Assembly (NCBI GenBank): GCA_963812035.1
Contig: CAWETG010000010.1
Location: 323,534-387,533 of the forward strand
Direction of reading: 5' to 3'
Source: an uncultured Gemmatimonadales bacterium
GTDB taxonomy: Bacteria > Gemmatimonadota > Gemmatimonadetes > Gemmatimonadales > JACORV01
Length of the DNA: 64,000 nt
In this document: positions 26,236-34,409 of the stretch, in pieces
How positions within the stretch are numbered: position 1 is the first letter of the stretch
Layout: every line of letters starts with the position of its first letter
Notes under the pieces: generated by a model
Databases searched by the model: none
What the model was told of the DNA's origin: nothing
Seen by the model: the letters and a program-made list of their open reading frames with translations, nothing else
Position numbers and translations under genes: made by a program

Positions 26236-27276
26236 GTGACCCGCCAGGCAGCCGCGAAGCGACGGCACGCCCTGTTCAAGGGCAAGGACTGGATCACCAC
26301 CGAGGAGTGGAGCGACCAGGAGCTTCTCACGCTGCTCGACGTCTCGGGCGACCTGAAGCGGCGCTTCAAGGAGCATCGGCCGCACCGCTGGCTTCCGGAC
26401 AAAACCATCTTCCTGATGTTCTTCGACAAGTCCACGCGGACCCGCAACTCGTTCGAGGCCGGGATCACGCAGCTCGGCGGGCACGGGCACTTCCTCACCG
26501 CCGACGCGATGCAGGTGTCGCACGGCGAGAGCCCCAAGGACACCGGCATCATCCTCTCGCGCTACGGCCACGCCATCGCGATCCGCCACGACCTGATCCC
26601 GGGGGAAGGCAACGCCTACATGCGCGAGGTCGCGAAGTGGGCGGACGTGCCCGTGATCAACATGCAGTGCGACGTGGATCACCCGTGCCAGACGCTGGCC
26701 GACCTCATGACCATCCGCGAGAAGCTGGGCTCGAACCTCGAGGGGAAGAAGCTCGCGGTGAGCTGGGCCTACGCGCCGAGCTACGCCAAGCCGCTGTCGG
26801 TGCCGCAAGGCCTGATTATGCTGATGCCGCGGTTCGGGATGGACGTGACGCTCGCCCACCCGCCGGAGTACTTCCTGATGCCGGAGACGCTCGAGGCGGC
26901 GCGCCGCAACGCGAAGCAGGCGGGCACGAAGTTCGAGGTCGTGGACGACATGGACGCGGCGTTCGCGGGCGCCGACGTGGTGATCCCGAAGAGCTGGGGG
27001 TGCCTGGAGACGATGGGAGCGAAGCCGGAGGAGTCGCTCCGCATCGCCAGGCAGTACACACGCTGGATCTGTGACGCTCCCCGGCTCGCGCGTGCCAGGC
27101 GCGGCGCGCTGTACATGCATCCGCTCCCGGCCGACCGGGGGAACGAGGTGACGGACGAGGTGATCGACGGGCCGCAGTCGGTGGTGTACGACGAGGCGGA
27201 GAACCGGCTCCACACGGCCAAGGCGATCATGGCGCTCACCATGGCCGACCAGCCGGTCGAGTACGAAGCGCCGTGA
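26236..27276 (+). CDS. ygeW: YgeW-type knotted carbamoyltransferase
   Basis: GTG 26236 (GGGAGGA upstream). STRTRNSFE, GNAYMREV, MQCDVDHPCQ, KPLSVPQG, RFGMDVTLAHP and MHPLPA match YgeW-specific blocks. Confidence 0.9.
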   Translation: MTRQAAAKRRHALFKGKDWITTEEWSDQELLTLLDVSGDLKRRFKEHRPHRWLPDKTIFLMFFDKSTRTRNSFEAGITQLGGHGHFLTADAMQVSHGESPKDTGIILSRYGHAIAIRHDLIPGEGNAYMREVAKWADVPVINMQCDVDHPCQTLADLMTIREKLGSNLEGKKLAVSWAYAPSYAKPLSVPQGLIMLMPRFGMDVTLAHPPEYFLMPETLEAARRNAKQAGTKFEVVDDMDAAFAGADVVIPKSWGCLETMGAKPEESLRIARQYTRWICDAPRLARARRGALYMHPLPADRGNEVTDEVIDGPQSVVYDEAENRLHTAKAIMALTMADQPVEYEAP

Positions 27277-28637
27277 TCATCCGGAACGCGCGGGTGGTGA
27301 CGTTCGATGGCGCCAACCGGGTGCTGGAGGGCGCGTCGGTGGAGATTGGTGCCGACGGCGCGATCAGGAGCGTGAAGCAGGGGCTAGGGACTAGGGGTGA
27401 GGGGCTAGGGGCCCTGACCCCTGACCCCCAGCCCCTAGCCCCCGCTTCTACCGTCCTCGACGCCGGCGGCCGTCTCCTCATGCCTGCCTTGATCAACTGC
27501 CACACGCATCTGTACAGCACTCTCGCCCGCGGGATCACGCTGCCGGGCCGCGCCCCCAGGAACTTCCCCGAGATTCTCAAGCAGCTGTGGTGGCGGCTCG
27601 ACCGGGCCCTCAACCCCGACGACGTTTACTACAGTGCCCTGGTTGGCCTGGTGGACGGCGCCAAGAACGGCGTCGGGACCCTGGTAGACCATCACTCGAG
27701 CCCCAACGCCTGCGCCGGGAGTCTTGATGTGATCGAGCGCGCCTTCCGTGAGGTGGGGCTCAGGGGCGTGCTCTGCTACGAGACCAGCGACCGCGACGGG
27801 CCAGCCAAGGCGCAGGCCGCGCTGGCGGAGAACATCCGCTTCATCGAGCGGACCGGCCGCGCGGGCGACGGCCTGATCGCCGCGAGCTTCGGGCTGCACG
27901 CGTCGTTCACCCTCTCGGACCGGACGCTGCGGCAGGCCGTCGAGGCCGAAGAGAGCCTCGGGGCAGGCTTCCACATCCACGTTGCCGAGGACCGATCCGA
28001 TCTCGACCATGCGCGGCGCCGCTTCAAGCAGACCGTGGTGGCGCGGCTCCGGGACCTGGGCGTGATGACCGACCGCACGCTCGCGGCCCACTGCATCCAC
28101 GTCACGTCCGGCGACGTCGCCGCGCTGGCCAGGCTCGGGGCCAACGTCGCGCACAATCCGCAGTCCAACAGCAACAACGCCGTGGGAATCGCGAAGCTGC
28201 TGGAGCTGGTGAAGGCGGGCGTGCTGGTCGGCCTCGGCTCCGACGGCTACTCTCCCCGGATGTGGGAGGAGTTCAAGACCGCCTTCCACCTCCAGAAGGT
28301 GCGTACCGGCGACCCGCGCGTGGGCTATGCGGAGGCCTACGCGGCGGCGTTCCTGAACAACCGCGCGATCGCGAAGAAGCTGTGGGGGATGGAGATCGGC
28401 CGCATCGAGGCCGGGGCGCGGGCGGACCTCATCCTGGTGGACTACTACCCGCCGACCCCGCTCGACGCGCACAACCTGTCCGGGCACCTGCTGTTCGGCA
28501 TCGCCAACGCGCCGATCGACACGCTGATCGTGGACGGCCGCGTGGTACTCAGGGACAAGCGCTGCGTCACCGTGGACGAAGCTGCGGTGGCCGAGCGCGC
28601 CACCCGACAAGCGAAGGCACTATGGCAACGGTTCTGA
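27273..28637 (+). CDS. ssnA: SsnA-family aminohydrolase
   Basis: GTG 27273 overlaps the ygeW stop (GTGA). PALINCHTHLYS, LWWRLDRAL, VDHHSSP, HIHVAED and GSDG blocks match SsnA. Contains the in-frame repeat hairpin at 27380-27443. Confidence 0.85.
   Translation: MIIRNARVVTFDGANRVLEGASVEIGADGAIRSVKQGLGTRGEGLGALTPDPQPLAPASTVLDAGGRLLMPALINCHTHLYSTLARGITLPGRAPRNFPEILKQLWWRLDRALNPDDVYYSALVGLVDGAKNGVGTLVDHHSSPNACAGSLDVIERAFREVGLRGVLCYETSDRDGPAKAQAALAENIRFIERTGRAGDGLIAASFGLHASFTLSDRTLRQAVEAEESLGAGFHIHVAEDRSDLDHARRRFKQTVVARLRDLGVMTDRTLAAHCIHVTSGDVAALARLGANVAHNPQSNSNNAVGIAKLLELVKAGVLVGLGSDGYSPRMWEEFKTAFHLQKVRTGDPRVGYAEAYAAAFLNNRAIAKKLWGMEIGRIEAGARADLILVDYYPPTPLDAHNLSGHLLFGIANAPIDTLIVDGRVVLRDKRCVTVDEAAVAERATRQAKALWQRF
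27380..27443. repeat. GGGGCTA-type inverted tandem-repeat hairpin inserted in frame in ssnA
   Basis: The G-arm ggggctagggactaggggtgaggggctagggg is followed directly by the C-arm ccctgacccctgacccccagcccctagcccc. It translates as GLGTRGEGLGALTPDPQPLAP. Confidence 0.85.
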
Positions 28638-29995
28638 CACCTGGCCCCACGTACGCCGAGATGCGCCATCCCTCCAAGCTCCCTCCGGAGCTGCGGCGCC
28701 GGGCGGTGGAGCGGGCGCGAGGCAACGAGCGCGACCCGCTTAACCTCTTCAACATCACCTGGCGGAACCGGGAGGACCGGGTGCGCCACGTCGTGTTGCC
28801 GCGCGAGCTGACGGGGGTGGCGGCGAACATCGTGGTGCTCCTGGGCAAGGACTTCCCTTCGGGCAGCCACAAGGTGGGGCCCGCCTACGCCACGCTGGCG
28901 GAGGGCGAGCTGGCCGGCGAGATCCGGCCCGGCGAGAACACGATCATCGGCCCCTCGACCGGCAACTTCGGGATCGGGACGGCGTACATCGCCCACCTGA
29001 TGGGATACCGATCCATCGTCATCATGCCCGAGCAGATGAGCACCGAGCGCTACGAGCGGATCCGCCGCTATGGCGGTGAGTTGGAGCTCACCCCGGGCTC
29101 GGAGAGCGACGTCATCCTCGTGCTCGAGCGGACCGAGCATTTCAAGCGGGATCCCAAGAACAAGGTCCTGGCGCAGTTCGAGCTGCTCCCCAACTACCGG
29201 TTCCACCGTTACGTGACGGGCGAGGCCGCGCTCGACGCGGCGAGTGGGGTCGGCAACGGGCGGGTCGCCGCCTTCGTATCGGCCCCCGGCTCCGCCGGCA
29301 CCCTGGCGGCGGGCGACGAGATCAAGGTCCGCTTCCCGGACTGCGTGGTGTGCGCGGTCGAGCCGGAGGAGTGCGCGACCCTCACGAACAACGGCCGGGG
29401 GACGCACCGCATCGAGGGAATCGGCGACAAGATGGTCGCGCTGATCCACAACGTGCTCACGACCGATTATGTGGCACGGGTGCACGACGACGACTGCGTG
29501 ATGGGGCTCAAGGTCCTCGAGCACGGGCGCCGGGTCGTCGAGCGGCAGCTGCGGCTCACGGACGGCGCGCTGGAGCCGCTGGCTGGCTGGTTCGGCATTT
29601 CCAGCGTCTGCAACATCCTGGGCGCCATCAAGACGGCCAAGCTGCTGAACCTCGCGGCGGACCAGAACGTCGTGACCATCGCGACCGATGGCTTCGATCG
29701 CTACCCGTCGGTCATGCAGGACCTGGAGCGCCGCCGCGGCCCCATCACCGATGCCACGATGGCAGAGTGGTTCGACCGGATCTTCCGCGGCGCGACGGGC
29801 GGGCAGATCCTGGACGTGCGGTCGGGCGTCCAGAAGGAGCGGCTGTTCCGCCAGAAGCGCGAGATCTGGAGCAAGTTCGGCTATACCGACGCCTACCTCG
29901 AGCGGATGAAGTCGCAGTCGTTCTGGGACGAGGAGTACGCGAAGATCGAGCCGATCGACCGTGACCTGGCGCTGAAGCGGGATCTCGAGGGCTGA
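28622..29995 (+). CDS. PLP-dependent fold-type II (Trp-synthase-beta superfamily) enzyme, unknown reaction
   Basis: ATG 28622 within track ORF 28262..29995. SGSHKVGPAY (candidate PLP-Lys), GNFGIG glycine loop, 457 aa with a C-terminal extension. Confidence 0.65.
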   Translation: MATVLTPGPTYAEMRHPSKLPPELRRRAVERARGNERDPLNLFNITWRNREDRVRHVVLPRELTGVAANIVVLLGKDFPSGSHKVGPAYATLAEGELAGEIRPGENTIIGPSTGNFGIGTAYIAHLMGYRSIVIMPEQMSTERYERIRRYGGELELTPGSESDVILVLERTEHFKRDPKNKVLAQFELLPNYRFHRYVTGEAALDAASGVGNGRVAAFVSAPGSAGTLAAGDEIKVRFPDCVVCAVEPEECATLTNNGRGTHRIEGIGDKMVALIHNVLTTDYVARVHDDDCVMGLKVLEHGRRVVERQLRLTDGALEPLAGWFGISSVCNILGAIKTAKLLNLAADQNVVTIATDGFDRYPSVMQDLERRRGPITDATMAEWFDRIFRGATGGQILDVRSGVQKERLFRQKREIWSKFGYTDAYLERMKSQSFWDEEYAKIEPIDRDLALKRDLEG

Positions 29996-31053
29996 TGAGC
30001 GAGTTGCGCGACGTGGTCGCGGCGCTGGAGCGCGCTCCCGCCGGTTGGGGCGCGGCCGTGCTCGCCACGCTGGTGAAGGTCGCCGGGTCGGCGTACTCCG
30101 GGCCCGGGGCGCGGATGGTCGTGCTCCCCGACGCCACCATCGCCGGCACGTTCGGCGCCGGCTGCTTCGAGCAGGATCTTGTCGCGCACGCCGAGCGAGT
30201 CCGGGCGTCCGGAGCGCCGGCGCTGGTCCACTACGACCTCACCGAGGACGACGACAAGCCGTGGGGCCTCGGGATGGGGTGCCACGGCAAGCTCGACTTG
30301 CTCCTCGAGCCCGTGCCCGCCGGGAAGACGCCGGAGCACCTCGCCTTCCTGCGCGAGGCCGCGCGCGCGCGGCAGGCCGCGGTGGTCGCCACGCTGTTCC
30401 GGACCGGCGACGACCCGGCGCTCGCGCTCGGGGACCGGCTGCTCGTGCGTGCCGACGGGCAGACGGCGGGCCGCCTGCTCGAAAGCGGCCTGGTCCCGCT
30501 GCTCCTTAGGGAGGCGCGCGCCGCGCTGGTCGACGGGCGCGCCCGCTTCTGCGTCGTTCCGACCGCGCGGGCCGAAGCCGAGCTGCTGCTCGAGTACGTC
30601 GGCCCTCCCCTCGCGTTGGTGGTGGGCGGGGCCGGCCGCGATACCGCACCTTTGGTCCATCTCGCCGGCGAGCTGGGCTGGGAGGCGAGAGTGCTGGCGA
30701 AGGACGAGCTGCCGTCGGTCCTGGATGGCCGGACCGCAGCGCTCGTCATGAGCCACAACTACGAACGCGACCTGGCGATGCTCGCCGCGTTCCTCACGTC
30801 GCCCTGCCGCTATGTGGGCGTACTGGGCGGACAGGCACGCACCCGGCAGCTGCTCGCCGAACTCGCCAGGCGCGGCTCGCCGGTCACCAAGGCTCAGCTC
30901 TCCCGGCTGCACGCACCCGTCGGCCTCGACCTCGGCGCCGAGACGCCGAGCGAAGTGGCGCTGTCGATCGTGGCGGAGATCCAGGCGGTGTTCGCCGGCC
31001 GTCAGGGCGGCGCGTTGCGCGAGCGCAAGGGCCCGATCCACGACCGGCCCTGA
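29995..31053 (+). CDS. XdhC/CoxI-family molybdenum hydroxylase maturation protein
   Basis: 352 aa. N-terminal XdhC_CoxI block (ATLVKVAGSAYSGPGARM) and C-terminal Rossmann-like block (LVVGGAGRDTAPL). Start overlaps the upstream stop. Confidence 0.85.
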   Translation: MSELRDVVAALERAPAGWGAAVLATLVKVAGSAYSGPGARMVVLPDATIAGTFGAGCFEQDLVAHAERVRASGAPALVHYDLTEDDDKPWGLGMGCHGKLDLLLEPVPAGKTPEHLAFLREAARARQAAVVATLFRTGDDPALALGDRLLVRADGQTAGRLLESGLVPLLLREARAALVDGRARFCVVPTARAEAELLLEYVGPPLALVVGGAGRDTAPLVHLAGELGWEARVLAKDELPSVLDGRTAALVMSHNYERDLAMLAAFLTSPCRYVGVLGGQARTRQLLAELARRGSPVTKAQLSRLHAPVGLDLGAETPSEVALSIVAEIQAVFAGRQGGALRERKGPIHDRP

Positions 31054-31084
31054 CGCCTCGGTCGCGCCGGTCGTCGGCGTCGTC

Positions 31085-31645
31085 GTGCTCGCCGCCGGCG
31101 CCTCCCGGAGATTGCCCGGCCCCAAGCAGCTGCTGCTGTTCCACGGGGTGACGCTGGTCCGCCGCGCCGCCCAGGCCGCGGTCGAGGCTGCCTGCGGGCC
31201 GGTGGCGGTGGTGCTGAGTGCCGCGGCGCCCCGGATCCGCCAGGAGCTGACGGATCTCGACCTGCACATCGTCGAGAACCGGCAGGCTGCGAAGGGGCTG
31301 AGCACGTCGGTCCGGGCCGGGCTCGACGCGCTCACGAAGACCGCGAGCCTCGACGCCGCGCTGTTCATGACCTGTGACCAACCCCTCGTGACCGCGGAAA
31401 TTCTCCGGACGATCGTCGCCGCCTTCGCGTCCGGCCGCCCGCGCGCCGTGGCCTGCGCGTACGCGGGGACGGTGGGGGTGCCCGCCCTGTTCTCGCGTGC
31501 TCTGTTCGCGGAGTTGCTGGCGCTGGACGGCGACGTGGGCGCGAGGCTGGTCCTGCAGCGTCACGCGAGCGAGACCGTCCGGATCCCGTTTGAGCCCGGC
31601 TCCCTGGACTTGGACACGCCCGAGGACGTGGGCAGGCTGTCGTAG
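31085..31645 (+). CDS. mocA: molybdenum cofactor cytidylyltransferase (MocA/YgfJ-like)
   Basis: LAAGASRRL nucleotidyltransferase motif and TCDQP. The only canonical start in frame after the xdhC stop is GTG 31085, which leaves just 1 residue before the motif, so the start is uncertain. Confidence 0.7.
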   Translation: MLAAGASRRLPGPKQLLLFHGVTLVRRAAQAAVEAACGPVAVVLSAAAPRIRQELTDLDLHIVENRQAAKGLSTSVRAGLDALTKTASLDAALFMTCDQPLVTAEILRTIVAAFASGRPRAVACAYAGTVGVPALFSRALFAELLALDGDVGARLVLQRHASETVRIPFEPGSLDLDTPEDVGRLS

Positions 31646-31814
31646 CCCTCACCCAGAACCAGTTGAACGTCTTTCCGCGCGCCGTTGGGCGGACACGACC
31701 CCACTGCTGACCCCGGTCCGCAACGGTGGGCTATCACTCCCCGGCTTCCCATGTCCAGCGCCATTCACGCGCATAGGGCCAGCCCAGTGGCGCCCGGTGT
31801 GGCGGGCCGACTGA

Positions 31815-32975
<1,161 letters not shown>

Positions 32976-32988
32976 CCAAGACAGGTGC

Positions 32989-33171
32989 TAACGCTGGGGT
33001 GTTATGCTGCTGGCGTACGCAAGGTCGCCACGGCTGCATACGGACGACCGGTGCCGGAAGTCGTTCTGGCATCGAGATTTGCGGTCGCGGGGGATGCCGC
33101 GCGGTCGGCGAAAGGCTGCAGCCGAATGCGCTGTCGGCGCCCAAGACTGTTCAGCATACTACTAGTTAGGC
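32989..33171 (+). other. probable attC site (divergent sequence type), R'' half split by IS110 copy a
   Basis: (cc)C|TAAC at the IS junction, and GTTAGGC at 33165-33171. The inner dyad is gttatgctg / cagcatac. It is longer (~185 nt) than, and unrelated in sequence to, the other attCs, so an attI-like site cannot be excluded. Confidence 0.4.
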
Positions 33172-33182
33172 GGCATTCACCT

Positions 33183-33680
33183 ATGCACTTGAGATCTTGG
33201 CTGGCATCTGCTGTAACTGCAGTCGCCTGCGCCCACGCCGCGCCGGCCCCGCCGCAGGCCCGCCTACCGGGCGCCGAGTGCTACGCTTCCCGTAGCATCA
33301 CTTGGCCCCTCGGTGACACCACCACCTACCGTGGCATAGTCCTAGGGTCGTGGCTTGTCCTGACGCCGGAGCCCTACGCCGCCGGCAGTTCCCGGCTCAG
33401 GGCGTTCGCATACGACAATAATGGCAATGCTCAGGAAGGCACGTGGTGGCAGGACGGCGACACGCTCACGTTGACGTTGGCCGTGCACGACCTGTTCAAC
33501 TATGCCACCCTCTTGCTGACACGGACGGCGACAGGTCTTGTCGGAACGGGTTCCGGTACCACTGACGTGCTCGTTCAGACTGCGCCTGGTCACTACTATG
33601 AGGGCACTCGCCATGCATGGGTCGCTCGCTTCGAACGCGTTGAGTGCGAGCGGTTACCGGCATGGCATCACGGCAGTTGA
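33183..33680 (+). CDS. cassette ORF: small secreted/lipoprotein, unknown function
   Basis: Track ORF 32985..33680 trimmed to ATG 33183, 12 nt after the GTTAGGC core. The signal is MHLRSWLASAVTAVACAHA. 165 aa, followed by an attC. Confidence 0.55.
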   Translation: MHLRSWLASAVTAVACAHAAPAPPQARLPGAECYASRSITWPLGDTTTYRGIVLGSWLVLTPEPYAAGSSRLRAFAYDNNGNAQEGTWWQDGDTLTLTLAVHDLFNYATLLLTRTATGLVGTGSGTTDVLVQTAPGHYYEGTRHAWVARFERVECERLPAWHHGS

Positions 33681-33690
33681 TTGGAATGCC

Positions 33691-33817
33691 GCCTAACCAG
33701 CGCCTGCAGCGGGCGGGCACGGCCGCGTGACGCCGCCTAACGCTCGGGGGTTAGGCTGGTTGGTGGTGGATGGCGGGGCCCGCGGCCGGCCCGCCGCTGA
33801 GGCGCGATTCGTTAGAC
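33691..33817 (+). other. integron attC site A (127 bp, subtype 1)
   Basis: R'' GCCTAAC 33691-33697 and R' GTTAGAC 33811-33817. Imperfect dyad cagcgcctgcagcgggcgggc / gcccgccgctgaggcgcg with unpaired bases. The first ~70 nt closely resemble site E. Confidence 0.8.
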
Positions 33818-33855
33818 GGCGGCACCATGAATCTAGCTGCACTGAGGCAAGAGCC

Positions 33856-34302
33856 ATGACGGATATTGGCGTGGCGCGACGCACCACCGCCGCGCGTGCC
33901 TTGCGCCTAGGTGGGGGGCTGGTCTGGATCGCCGCTGTGATTCACTTTGTTGCGTTCCCGTTCCTCCAACGCACCGTCGCAAGCACCCTCCCACCTGCCG
34001 CGTACGCGTTCGTGTGGCCGCCGTTCGCATTCAGCTTCTTGCTGGATGGGATTCTGCTCCTCCCACTGGGCTTTACGGCTCTCTATTGCGCTGGCGGCGT
34101 TCTGCGCGGCGAGCGCTGGGCAACGGTGCTTGGCCTCATCACCGCTATCGTCGTCCTTATGCTGCCCATCGTCCTTGGACTAGCCATGGGGTTCAGGTAC
34201 TTCTCCGCCGCGCCATTCTTGCTGGCTACGCTCGTTGTTCTCGCCGCTGGCGTCGCCATGCTGGTGTCACTTGTGCAGTTGGCTCGGAGCGCCGCCGTCT
34301 AA
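33856..34302 (+). CDS. cassette ORF: 4-TM membrane protein, unknown function
   Basis: Track ORF 33727..34302 trimmed to ATG 33856, downstream of attC A. 148 aa. The TAA stop lies inside the attC R'' heptamer GTCTAAC. Confidence 0.6.
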   Translation: MTDIGVARRTTAARALRLGGGLVWIAAVIHFVAFPFLQRTVASTLPPAAYAFVWPPFAFSFLLDGILLLPLGFTALYCAGGVLRGERWATVLGLITAIVVLMLPIVLGLAMGFRYFSAAPFLLATLVVLAAGVAMLVSLVQLARSAAV

Positions 34303-34409
34303 CCAGCGCCTGCAGCGGGCGGGCGCTCCGGGCTCCACGGTTGAGCGGCTGGTGAGGGAAGGTGAGGTAATGCAGGCGTTGTGTGGCTGGCGGGCGGTCG
34401 CCCGCCGCT
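34297..34409 (+). other. integron attC site B, 5' part (subtype 2), interrupted by an IS1111-like element
   Basis: R'' GTCTAAC 34297-34303. The sequence closely resembles sites C and D up to ...gtcgcccgccgct, where the IS begins. Confidence 0.8.

Noticed and set aside
19024-31645. In-frame UGA selenocysteine recoding or a SECIS element in the selenium-linked hydroxylase cluster.
   Set aside because: All ten genes are open from start to stop without internal TGA. The selenium in this enzyme class is a labile cofactor and not selenocysteine.
32985-33182. N-terminal extensions of cassette ORFs in the track (32985.., 33727.., 38315..) that run through attC sites.
   Set aside because: The extensions translate the attC palindromes (Arg/Ala/Gly-rich). 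Internal ATGs just downstream of the GTTAGGC core give sensible signal peptides or TM starts.
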